IMG/VR virus record: IMGVR_UViG_3300037484_000648
Location: 1-32,606 of that record
Length of the DNA: 32,606 bases
Direction: 5' to 3' (one strand)
Origin: a virus
Taxonomy: Duplodnaviria > Caudoviricetes
In this document: piece by piece, positions 8,071 to 16,561 of the stretch
How positions within the stretch are numbered: position 1 is the first letter of the stretch
How the letters are laid out: each line of letters begins with the position of its first letter
Position numbers and translations under genes: made by a program
The notes under the pieces: generated by a model
Told to the model about the DNA's origin: nothing
What the model saw: only the letters and a program-made list of their open reading frames with translations
Databases searched by the model: none

Positions 8071-8086
8071 AGTTCCACGTGAAACA
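8071..8086. promoter_or_regulatory. parS: Chromosomal-type parS (ParB/Spo0J binding site)
   Basis: AGTTCCACGTGAAACA matches TGTTNCACGTGAAACA at all but the first base; intergenic. Confidence 0.7.
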
Positions 8087-8125
8087 TTTTCGCACGGTAT
8101 CGCACGGGAAGGGATAGAGACGCAC

Positions 8126-8147
8126 AAAAAGGGCGCATCGTGCGCCC
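8126..8147 (-). terminator. Rho-independent terminator of the late/lysis operon
   Basis: Minus strand GGGCGCA-CGA-TGCGCCC-TTTTT just after the stop at 8163. Confidence 0.7.
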
Positions 8148-8162
8148 CCTTTGCGCCCCTTT

Positions 8163-8531
8163 TTACTTGAAAACGACTTTAGCGATGAGGCCCAAGACCC
8201 CGATCAGGGCCGCCACGCACCCGGCGAGGACCCAGGCACGGATCCCGCCGATCTGTTTCGCCACGTCGGTTTTGATTTCTCCAACCTGTGTTGTCATGTC
8301 CACCTGGTGAGCCGAGAGGTTTTTCCCGAGGTCGTCGATCTTCTCGAAGATCCTCGTCACCCCATCTTCGACCACCTTGATTCGTAGAAGATCCCCATCC
8401 CGGTGAGCACAACCCTTGAGCCGAAGCTCCTGTACCCCCGCCTCTAAAGATGTTATTCGCGGGAACACGCTCTGCTCGAGTTCCTTGAACACGTCCTCGG
8501 CACGGCGTCGATCAAAGTTGGGCGGGGCCAT
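8163..8531 (-). CDS. Coiled-coil protein with a C-terminal TM helix (lysis-associated)
   Basis: C-terminal WVLAGCVAALIGVLGLIAKVVF hydrophobic segment. Confidence 0.75.
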   Translation of the reverse strand: MAPPNFDRRRAEDVFKELEQSVFPRITSLEAGVQELRLKGCAHRDGDLLRIKVVEDGVTRIFEKIDDLGKNLSAHQVDMTTQVGEIKTDVAKQIGGIRAWVLAGCVAALIGVLGLIAKVVFK

Positions 8532-8534
8532 CGA

Positions 8535-9131
8535 TTAAAACCTCATATCTCCCAGGATTGCCGCCCCAAAATCCGCTCCGGAGCGATCGTCACGCTTTCC
8601 AAAGGCTCGAACCTCGATCGTAACGGGCCCCACGCGCGCAGGACGGGCGTACAGCTCGCCCAGGACGAGCCCCCCCGTTCCCATGCCCGCCCGAATGCCG
8701 AATTCCTTCTGGATGGCAAAGAACGGCGGCGTAGCTGGCTTCCATTCGAGGCTTCCGACCCCTATCCCGTCCGGGCCCGTCCGGAGGATGGCAGAGGCGG
8801 TCCCTCCCGCGGGGGAAGGCGGGATCTTGGCCGAGGCGATCACATGGGCCGAATTGTCCTGCATCGTGGCCGGCGTGAGCGCCCCAGGGATCTTGTCGAC
8901 GTATTTAATCTTTTCGATGGTGCGGATCCTTTCTGGCCCCGGGACGAGAATCCTTTCGATGGTGTGAATTTCCTTTGGTTCCTTTGGCTGACTTGCCGGC
9001 TGAGGTTCGCTTGTCCACGGCTTCCAGGAGTCCTTGGCGTAGCGGAAGTAGGCAAGCGCAAGAATAACGCACAGAGCAATCAGGCCCCATTTCACAACCC
9101 AGGCAGGGATCTCTTTTCCGCGTAGTTTCAT
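8535..9131 (-). CDS. Membrane-anchored lysis protein, putative spanin
   Basis: N-terminal TM WGLIALCVILALAYF, Pro-rich linker, ERIRTIEKIKYV segment, C-terminal beta-strands ending in Phe. Confidence 0.6.
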   Translation of the reverse strand: MKLRGKEIPAWVVKWGLIALCVILALAYFRYAKDSWKPWTSEPQPASQPKEPKEIHTIERILVPGPERIRTIEKIKYVDKIPGALTPATMQDNSAHVIASAKIPPSPAGGTASAILRTGPDGIGVGSLEWKPATPPFFAIQKEFGIRAGMGTGGLVLGELYARPARVGPVTIEVRAFGKRDDRSGADFGAAILGDMRF

Positions 9132-9424
9132 TTCGCACCGGGTTTCGACCTTGTGGGATTCAGCTTTGCTTTTATGTTTCCGATTTCCGTTTCGTTTTCC
9201 ATGATCTCCTTCTCCACCGCGACGGGCATGGATTTCCCCCTGTACTCTTTCTTGAGTTCCCAATTCTGCTGTTGCAGGATCTTGGCGCGATCCCCGTCGA
9301 TCTTCTGATCGAGCCTCATTTCGACGAGGCGCATTTCTTCGGCGTGAGCTACATACTTGTCGGCCTTCCAGAGAAGCCCGAACAGCGCGAAGATCGCCAG
9401 GATGCTACCAATGGTTTTCATCAT
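9128..9424 (-). CDS. N-terminal TM plus coiled-coil protein (lysis cassette)
   Basis: IGSILAIFALFGLLW followed by a heptad-rich region; GGGAGGG RBS. Confidence 0.7.
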   Translation of the reverse strand: MMKTIGSILAIFALFGLLWKADKYVAHAEEMRLVEMRLDQKIDGDRAKILQQQNWELKKEYRGKSMPVAVEKEIMENETEIGNIKAKLNPTRSKPGAK

Positions 9425-9437
9425 CTGAAATCCCTCC

Positions 9438-9758
9438 CTATTTTTCCATCGGCCGTTCTTCGGGTGCGGGAGCCGGCGCCGGGGGTGGTGTTCCTTTTTG
9501 AGCGATGAAGGTGTTGATCGGCTTGGACGCCGCAAACACCGTGAGGATGATGGTGTAGACCCCTATCGAGTTCACGAACCAATCGGGAGCGTGATGGGCC
9601 ATATAGATGATGTTCTTTCCGTCCGGGCCGACAACGGACACGGGGGCGCCAGCGGCGTATTCGGCAACGGCAAGCCCAAGGACGGTGAGGGTGGAGAGGC
9701 CCACATAGGCCCCTCCACTCCAATTAAATACCTTGTCGATCGCTTCCCGAAGGGTCAT
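9438..9758 (-). CDS. Putative holin (2 TM)
   Basis: Two hydrophobic segments and a charged/Pro-rich C-terminus, downstream of the endolysin. Confidence 0.55.
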   Translation of the reverse strand: MTLREAIDKVFNWSGGAYVGLSTLTVLGLAVAEYAAGAPVSVVGPDGKNIIYMAHHAPDWFVNSIGVYTIILTVFAASKPINTFIAQKGTPPPAPAPAPEERPMEK

Positions 9759-9889
9759 TACTTTTTACTGAGCGCGTCCTTGATGGACCCCGCGGCGCTC
9801 ATCACCCGCTCCTTGTGCTTGCCACCGACGAAAAACCCCACCACGAAGATCGCAACCGCTACGAGGAATCCAAAAATGTACCAAGTCAT
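9758..9889 (-). CDS. Small single-TM protein (43 aa)
   Basis: MTWYIFGFLVAVAIFVVGFFVGGKHKE..; GGAGG RBS; TAATG coupling. Not in the ORF track. Confidence 0.7.
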   Translation of the reverse strand: MTWYIFGFLVAVAIFVVGFFVGGKHKERVMSAAGSIKDALSKK

Positions 9890-9915
9890 CGTGTTACCTC
9901 CCTGCATATTTTTAC

Positions 9916-10281
9916 TTACTGTCCCACCGACAATGGCGCAGCCGGGGCTTTGGGAAGGCGGCTGTCCAAAGGGCTTGTCAGCGTTGCCACCACGTTGTCT
10001 GAAACCCTTCCGTCCGACAGTTTCGTCCGGACCTTGTAAGAATGCGAGGCGCCAAACGTGTTGTCGATGAGAGGAATCTTTACTTGGCCTGTTGCCACAG
10101 TCGGGAACCCAAGCGCCAGGATATTCCCATCGACCCAGGCATCGTACGTCACGGCAAACTGTGGTTCGATCGCCGTGTTGTCGGTGTACGTTTTCACCGA
10201 ATCGAACCGGAGGAAAAACGCCAAGGCGTTCGTCCCGAAAAATACGACCACAAGCGCGAGAAGAATTATCAGCTTTCTCAT
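9916..10281 (-). CDS. Secreted FN3/Ig-like beta protein
   Basis: Signal peptide MRKLIILLALVVVFFGTNALA; YKVRT..GRVSD strand and C-terminal PKAP as in FN3-like domains. Confidence 0.75.
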   Translation of the reverse strand: MRKLIILLALVVVFFGTNALAFFLRFDSVKTYTDNTAIEPQFAVTYDAWVDGNILALGFPTVATGQVKIPLIDNTFGASHSYKVRTKLSDGRVSDNVVATLTSPLDSRLPKAPAAPLSVGQ

Positions 10282-10751
10282 AGGGCCTCCATGTCCCACG
10301 TGTTGATTACGCTGCGCTGCAGGAAATCCAGCGTCCGGTCCATCCAGCCGGCGAGATATTTCAACGAAACCGGCCTGTTATGCACGATCTTTATGTAATA
10401 CCGCAGCCGCAACACCGCGTACTCCACCGATTGTCTCGTTGGGTCTTTATGTTCCGAGCTCCACATACGAAAGCCTTTCGCCGCCCCTGTCCCGGGGTTG
10501 ACGCACGAATCAAAATGGATCCAATCGACCGGAGCAGGAAGCTCATCGCAGCCGTTGGAGATCCACAACCTCAAATAGAATTTCTCAGCTTTCGGCCAAT
10601 CCGGAGGATTGCCGTTCTCATCCCACATTTCCGGGTGATAGTGTCGAGAAATCCCGTACACCGTCTCGCCACCCGGATCGTCCGGATCGTTGTCCTTGAA
10701 TCCTTCCCATTCCTTGAGGTTCACGATCGCCGACGGAAAATTTTCTCTCAT
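10278..10751 (-). CDS. Endolysin, glycoside hydrolase family 108
   Basis: EGFKDNDPDDPGGETVYGIS, FDSCVNPG and YLAGWMDR motifs. Confidence 0.9.
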   Translation of the reverse strand: MRENFPSAIVNLKEWEGFKDNDPDDPGGETVYGISRHYHPEMWDENGNPPDWPKAEKFYLRLWISNGCDELPAPVDWIHFDSCVNPGTGAAKGFRMWSSEHKDPTRQSVEYAVLRLRYYIKIVHNRPVSLKYLAGWMDRTLDFLQRSVINTWDMEAL

Positions 10752-13700
10752 TGTGTCGCCGCCTTTTTTCGTTCCTTATACTTATCGAGGACCTTGTTGC
10801 CCTCTCGAGCGATCACCGACATGTTGATGTACGTCTGATCGATCATCCGGCGCTTCTCTTCCGGCGTCATTTTGGGGTTTTCGTAGACCGCATCCACGAT
10901 CTTGTGCGCGTTCGTGAGCGCCGTCTTGATGCTGACGAGCCTTGCAACATCTTCCCGTGAGAGAATTTCCATGGCCGGCTTCGGCTCGAATTTCTTGAAG
11001 AGGAATTTCGAGGTTTTCAAGTTCGTCTCCGCTTCCTTGTAATCGTCAAAGAAGCGCTGGATCGATTCCGTGTCGGCCGTGGGATACCGGACCACGAAAG
11101 CCTTGATTAGCGGATAGTCCGAAAGCTGTTTCGAGGGCTCCACGCGCGCCGGCACGATCCCGACTGTTTTCAGACTGGCATTTGCCGCGTTGAGCGCCCA
11201 CATCCCCAGGCCGCCCGTGTATCCCCGGATTAGGTTCTCGAGCTTCGCCGGCGAGACGATCAGGTTCTCGAGGTCGGATCCCTTCATGCCCGGAATTTTG
11301 GCCAGGAAACCGCCGATCTTCTTCGCCGTCTCCGTGGTGTACGGAGCATATTGATGTTGCGGAGAAAGATCCTCGCGCGCTTTCGGGACAATCTGCCGAT
11401 CGGTGAAGCGTGACTTGTTCGCCCAATTTTCGATCACGGGGTTTGCGAAGGTCGGCATCCATCCAGGCATCGACCCGCGAGACAGGGACTCGAGCAAGCC
11501 GTCGAAGGCGTGAGGATCCTTGTCGAGAATGTAATTCACGATTCGCTCAGGAAAGGATCCGAAGGCGATCCCCATGATGAACGGCTTCGGAATCCGCAGG
11601 ACGAACGGGCCCACATCCACCAGCCAGAAAATGTCCTTTTGCCATTGTGCGATTTCATCGATCTTCTTGTTGCCGTGATTGGCGATCGCCAGGAGCACGG
11701 ACGGGAGAGTGATCGCCGCCATGGTCCGGATCGAGGTTTGTAGAGGATATTCCTTGAACTGCCGATGGATCTTGTCGAGATCCTGCACGTTCGCATTCCA
11801 GAAGGCGATGATCATGTTGACCGCTTTGGTCTTGGCGCCCATCCTGGCAAACGGAAGAGTCACTTCTCTCGAGGCGTAGGCCGCGTTCTGAATGTCGGCT
11901 TTCCCGGGGGTTTCTCCCCTTCCTTCTACCTTGAGCCCCTTGCGAAATTCACCCAGGCGGGTCGCCTCTTCGGTGTATTCCGACAGGGACCGGAGGACGT
12001 CGAGGGGATGCGTTGCCACGTGCAAGGCACCTTCCTTGACGCCGCGATCGCGCATGATCTCCTTCCAAGTTTTGTCGAAATACTCCCGGTCCATCGACAC
12101 CATCGCGGAGTGCTCTCCCCCGCCGACTTTCCAGCGCCAGTAATCCTCGTTCTTCTTGACGGCCGAAAAGAGCCCCCTGGCGAGATCCACGCCCGGGATG
12201 TACCCATATTTCGAATTGATGAAAGCCGTCCATTGATCGCGGATCGGGTTCTTCCCCAGGGCAAATTCGGGCGTCAGCGTGGCGCCGACCCGGAGAAGCC
12301 TCGAGGGAACCGCCAAAATCCGGATGAGGGTATTCGCGCCCTCCTTGTCGAGAGCGTGGAAGGCGTTGTAAATCCGCTCGTCAACCTCATAGAAAACGGG
12401 CTTCCCGCGCTCCATGACGATGATCACATTCCCCTTCGGGGTGTTCGGCGATTTTCGGTAGATGTACGCCAGCCCCTCGGGGATCTCGATCCCGAATTCC
12501 CGGACGGTGTTTCGAACGGTCGCGCGCTCTGTAACGCGCTCGATGATCCGGTTTCTGGCCGTCTCGTCCTTCGCGCTGGCGATCCGGGCAACGATCGTGT
12601 TCGCCTCGGCTTCCGAATACCCACGCGTCTTGAGGGCTTCGACCGCGCGCTCCTTCATAATTCGCGTTCCGCGATCTCCCGCGGGGATCTCGGCGCCGGT
12701 TTCGTCCCTGATCGATTCCCGGATCGTTCGCTCCGTGGTCTGGAATTGCGTCGTTTCGGTCCACTTCCCATACTTCCGAAGCATTCCCTCGAGCTCCGTG
12801 TCCTTCACGGCGATCCGCTGGGTGTCGGCCGGGATCCGCTCCACGAATTTTCCAAGCCCCTCCCTCGTCTTGGAGAGCTCCACCAGCGATTTCCCGACGG
12901 CGTTCTTCTCGGCCGCGTTGATGAAGGCGTACGTGTTTTTGATGATCGATTCGGTCGGGCTGACGATATCTCGCCAGGACCCTTTCAGATGACGGATCGG
13001 CGCGCCCTTCACTTCATGGCTGGCCGGCCGGCCCGTGATCGTCCCACCGCCGCGCTCGTAATCCATGACGCGGTAGAACGGCACATAATCCTCGTTCATG
13101 GCCCTCATCCGGAGGAATTGCTCTCCGTTGATGATCCCGCCGTCGTACAGGTATCGAAGCAAGGCGTTCTGGTAATGTTTCAGCTCGAGCGCCGCTTGCT
13201 TGAATTCCGGGTGATCCCGCTCCATGTCCTCGATCACCTTCCGCGCGTCGGCGTCGAGGATCCCGGTTTTCGTCTCGCCAAGCTGGACCGATCGCCTCGA
13301 TACCAGGTACGCATCGAAAATGTCCCGGCTTTTCTTGATCGGCTCGAGGATCCCCCGGAACGATTTCACGGACTCCGAAAACCTGTACGTCTTGAAGCTG
13401 TACGGCTTATATTCCAGCCAGGAATCGGCTTTCCCCTTCCAGCCGGCCAGAAGATGCGCCAGCTTGTAGGGGTTTTTGTTCGTCGGAACTTCATCGACCC
13501 GCTTGACGCCGGCCATTTCCTTCGTGACTTCCTCGAAGCCGAAAAGCGCGTCGATTGTGTCGCGGTACAAGGACCGGAAGGTGGTCGAGGCGCCGGCCTT
13601 CGGTGTCTGATTGATCGATCCCATGACCCGGGCCAGCGCCGGCTGTTCGAGCCAGCGCTTGTAATCCGCGCGCGCCTTGAGCAAGATCGCTTTCGCGTCG

Positions 13701-16561
13701 GGAGATTTCGCGTCGAGCTCGGCCTCGAAGAATTTGAAGAATTTCGGCGCAACCCGTTTCGCCTCGTCCGGATTGACCACGTAGCGCCGGATGAATTCCG
13801 CGAATCCCTCGGCGTTCTTCGATCCTCCCGCGCGCGGTTTCGTGGCGATCGGGATCAGCTCGTCCTGGAAGGCCCTCAAGGGCCCCGCCGCGAGGCCGCC
13901 GCTGCCCGTGCGCGCTCCCGGCCACAGGAATTTATGCAAGGCGTGGCCGATTTCGTGGGCGATCACTTCGATATCGTGGGCGAACCGCGTTCGGATGACT
14001 TCCGGCCCCACCTTGAAGATCCCCAGGGCATTCCGGAATCGGCCCACCCGGAGGGGAATATCGAATTTCTCGGACAGGAATTTGGCGATCGAGGACCGGC
14101 TCATCGGCGCGCCCTCGTCAACGGGCTCCGCTGGTTTCGTCCGGAAATCCGCTTCCGGGGCGAAGCCCTCTTCGCCCTTTGCGAACAATCCCCCCTCGGG
14201 AGGCGGCGCCGGGGGGCCCTTCTCGGGCGCACGGTACTTCGCGCGTTCACCCGGGAAGAGCTCATCCTGCGCGCCGGCCGCTTCGGGTTTTAGCGGAGTC
14301 TCGGGGGTAGGCGATTCCTCCGTGTCGAGCTTGAATGGCTGGCCCCTCGGGGCTTCCGCGGCCTTCTTTGGGATCTCTACGGGGGTGACGCCTTCCCTTC
14401 CTCCATCAACCTGAATGCCGGTATTCGCCTCCACAACCTTTTCATGGCCGTCCTTGACGATCAGGTTTCCTCGCTCGTCGTAGCGAACTGCCTCGAATTT
14501 CTCCCCATCGATCCTGAAAGAATCTCCCAGGGCAATCTCGTTCTCCGGAACGGTTTCCCGGGCGGCTTTCGCCGCCGATTCCGCGGCGCTCTTCGCCAAT
14601 TCCTCGTCGGTGATGCCGGCGCCAGGACGCTTGTTCTTTTTGATCGCCTCGAACAAATCGGATATTCCGGCGCCCTCCGAGAGCGTTCCGTCCTCGATCA
14701 GCGTCTCTACCCATTGGTCCCAGCCCATCGCCTTCTTGTATCCCGGGTGCTTCTCGCTCCGGTACAGACGGGCGAGGGCCCCCTCTCCCTGTCGCAGACC
14801 GTACTGCGCGAATTCTCCCCTCATTGCCGGATCGATCTTGATCCCACCAGCGCGCAAGATTCGCTGTTGAAGGGTCGGCTCGGCTGCCTCCTTTTTCTGC
14901 CTTGACTTGATATCTCGGACATTTGCAAACTTCTGACCAGGCGTTTGCACCGGAGGTTCCACTTCTCTGGTTCTCGGCAGAGGTTCCCGGGCGGCCCGGG
15001 CCTCCTCGAAAGAAATCTCTTCCGGCGTTTTCGTCCGAATCGGTTCCGGGGGCTTCATCTCGATCGACGCCGGGGGCTTCCCTTCCAGGATCTCGGCGCG
15101 TCGTGCTTCCAGGGCGGCCAGCGATTCATTGTGCTTGTTTAGCCGATCCCGAATCTCCATGCGGTCCAGCGTCGAACCTGTCTCCGCGCGCCGTGTAATT
15201 TCCGCTTCAAGATCAACGATGTTCGACCGCACAACCGCGATATCCCTGTCCGCGATCGAAAGATCCGGCACCTGATCCTCTCGGAAAGCTGACCGGATAG
15301 GACGCTCTTTTGTCCGTTGAACTGCAGGGGTGACGTCAGCGGCCGGCGCCGGCACAGGTGACACAGGTGACACAGGTTCGGCCGGTTTCTCTGCATACCG
15401 GCTCCTGGCGCGCGTAAGTGCCTGTTCGACCGACTCCCCCGGGTTGAGGGTGAAGCTCCCGGCGCCCGTTTTGTTGTCGCCATCCTGAAACACGACCATC
15501 TTCGGCCGGCTCGGAAGTCCCGTCTCGGTTACGCCAGCGAACCGAATCCCCAGGCGATCAGCCTCAGCCTTGTAGAATTCGGGGCTCCCAGGGGCCGCTG
15601 TGGGGGGTACAGGGGCTTCGGACGCCGGAGGGGGGGTAGGTGTCGCCTCAGGAGTGATAGGTGTGTCTAAAAGGGGGGGGGAAGGCGTAGCGGCCATTAC
15701 CGGGGGAGTTTCGACCGTGATCGGCTTCTTGGACCGCACCAGGCGATCGATGCCCTCGTAAATCGTCCGGCCCACTTCCCGAGCCCCGGTCCGTCCGGGG
15801 GCTCCGACAGCTCCGAAGATCATGCCAGTTCCGACCGCTTCGGCCGTTTCCTCGGGCGTACCCCCCTCGGCCGCGGTCTGGACTCCCATAACCGTTCCCA
15901 TGGCAGGGATCGCCAGCGGCTTCGTGAGGGTTCCGGCGGCGTGGAGGGTTTTCCCCAGGGCGGCGCGTTTTGCGCCTCCGACGATGGCGCCCCATGCCTG
16001 GTTGTCGCCCCTCTTGGCCGCATCGATCGCACCCTTGAAGGAGTAATACGGGACGTTGAGCATGAATTCCGCGACACCAGGGACGCCGCCACCGACCGCG
16101 CTTCCTACCATCTTGTCCACAAAATCAGCGCCTTTTTCCTGCGCAAGTTGATGCAGCTCTTCGCCTTTGTCCTGCCACATCTGCGCGGCCTTGTCGAAAA
16201 CTTCCGATCGGGGGATCCCCATGGGCTTGCCGACGTACTCCCCGATATCGGTGACGCCTCTTGTGAGGGCTGCCCCGCCTTTCAGGAAAGACCCGGCCAC
16301 CGTATAACTTTGTTTAACAAATGGCTGACCCACGGATGACCGCGCCGCGGCCGCGATTGCATCGCGGAACGGCGCTGGCGATTCCTCGCCGGACGGCGCG
16401 CCTTCGATGCCGGAGAAGGGGATGGACGTCAGCGCGCGGCCGGCTCGAGTGAAAAATCCGGGTTCCTCGAGAGGGACCCCACCCTGTTTCAGGGCCACCT
16501 CGTACGGGGTTTCCGATACAGCAACCCCCCCGGCTTTCAGGGCATCATCGTAGGCGCTCAT
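10748..16561 (-). CDS. Large polyvalent internal virion/ejection protein with a zincin-like HExxH motif and C-terminal LPD38-like domain (1937 aa)
   Basis: VIAHEIGHAL; C-terminal KNPIRDQWTA, EEATRLGEF, LRIPKPF and SPAKLENLIRGYTGGLG motifs; last gene of the ejection cluster. Confidence 0.8.
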   Translation of the reverse strand: MSAYDDALKAGGVAVSETPYEVALKQGGVPLEEPGFFTRAGRALTSIPFSGIEGAPSGEESPAPFRDAIAAAARSSVGQPFVKQSYTVAGSFLKGGAALTRGVTDIGEYVGKPMGIPRSEVFDKAAQMWQDKGEELHQLAQEKGADFVDKMVGSAVGGGVPGVAEFMLNVPYYSFKGAIDAAKRGDNQAWGAIVGGAKRAALGKTLHAAGTLTKPLAIPAMGTVMGVQTAAEGGTPEETAEAVGTGMIFGAVGAPGRTGAREVGRTIYEGIDRLVRSKKPITVETPPVMAATPSPPLLDTPITPEATPTPPPASEAPVPPTAAPGSPEFYKAEADRLGIRFAGVTETGLPSRPKMVVFQDGDNKTGAGSFTLNPGESVEQALTRARSRYAEKPAEPVSPVSPVPAPAADVTPAVQRTKERPIRSAFREDQVPDLSIADRDIAVVRSNIVDLEAEITRRAETGSTLDRMEIRDRLNKHNESLAALEARRAEILEGKPPASIEMKPPEPIRTKTPEEISFEEARAAREPLPRTREVEPPVQTPGQKFANVRDIKSRQKKEAAEPTLQQRILRAGGIKIDPAMRGEFAQYGLRQGEGALARLYRSEKHPGYKKAMGWDQWVETLIEDGTLSEGAGISDLFEAIKKNKRPGAGITDEELAKSAAESAAKAARETVPENEIALGDSFRIDGEKFEAVRYDERGNLIVKDGHEKVVEANTGIQVDGGREGVTPVEIPKKAAEAPRGQPFKLDTEESPTPETPLKPEAAGAQDELFPGERAKYRAPEKGPPAPPPEGGLFAKGEEGFAPEADFRTKPAEPVDEGAPMSRSSIAKFLSEKFDIPLRVGRFRNALGIFKVGPEVIRTRFAHDIEVIAHEIGHALHKFLWPGARTGSGGLAAGPLRAFQDELIPIATKPRAGGSKNAEGFAEFIRRYVVNPDEAKRVAPKFFKFFEAELDAKSPDAKAILLKARADYKRWLEQPALARVMGSINQTPKAGASTTFRSLYRDTIDALFGFEEVTKEMAGVKRVDEVPTNKNPYKLAHLLAGWKGKADSWLEYKPYSFKTYRFSESVKSFRGILEPIKKSRDIFDAYLVSRRSVQLGETKTGILDADARKVIEDMERDHPEFKQAALELKHYQNALLRYLYDGGIINGEQFLRMRAMNEDYVPFYRVMDYERGGGTITGRPASHEVKGAPIRHLKGSWRDIVSPTESIIKNTYAFINAAEKNAVGKSLVELSKTREGLGKFVERIPADTQRIAVKDTELEGMLRKYGKWTETTQFQTTERTIRESIRDETGAEIPAGDRGTRIMKERAVEALKTRGYSEAEANTIVARIASAKDETARNRIIERVTERATVRNTVREFGIEIPEGLAYIYRKSPNTPKGNVIIVMERGKPVFYEVDERIYNAFHALDKEGANTLIRILAVPSRLLRVGATLTPEFALGKNPIRDQWTAFINSKYGYIPGVDLARGLFSAVKKNEDYWRWKVGGGEHSAMVSMDREYFDKTWKEIMRDRGVKEGALHVATHPLDVLRSLSEYTEEATRLGEFRKGLKVEGRGETPGKADIQNAAYASREVTLPFARMGAKTKAVNMIIAFWNANVQDLDKIHRQFKEYPLQTSIRTMAAITLPSVLLAIANHGNKKIDEIAQWQKDIFWLVDVGPFVLRIPKPFIMGIAFGSFPERIVNYILDKDPHAFDGLLESLSRGSMPGWMPTFANPVIENWANKSRFTDRQIVPKAREDLSPQHQYAPYTTETAKKIGGFLAKIPGMKGSDLENLIVSPAKLENLIRGYTGGLGMWALNAANASLKTVGIVPARVEPSKQLSDYPLIKAFVVRYPTADTESIQRFFDDYKEAETNLKTSKFLFKKFEPKPAMEILSREDVARLVSIKTALTNAHKIVDAVYENPKMTPEEKRRMIDQTYINMSVIAREGNKVLDKYKERKKAATQ

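Larger units (their letters stand above)
7932..8159. other. attP site with arm-type repeats
   Basis: TGCGCCCC pairs with 11-bp period on both arms (7932/7943 and 8141/8152), an inverted copy at 8131, TCGCACGG direct repeats at 8090/8100, all surrounding a tRNA-derived core. Confidence 0.85.

Noticed and set aside
11765-14293. 842-aa plus-strand ORF (and similar long antisense ORFs such as 16702-17982, 20702-21781, 30594-32057, 3474-4523)
   Set aside because: Shadow frames opposite well-supported genes in GC-rich DNA; no recognisable motifs.
15352-15377. 9-bp tandem repeat CACAGGTGA
   Set aside because: About three copies encoding a PVSPVSPV linker; ordinary low-complexity sequence.
15673-15681. 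G9 homopolymer as a phase-variation tract in the large virion gene
   Set aside because: Lies in a Pro-rich linker (PSPPL) with the frame intact; no evidence of slippage without reads.
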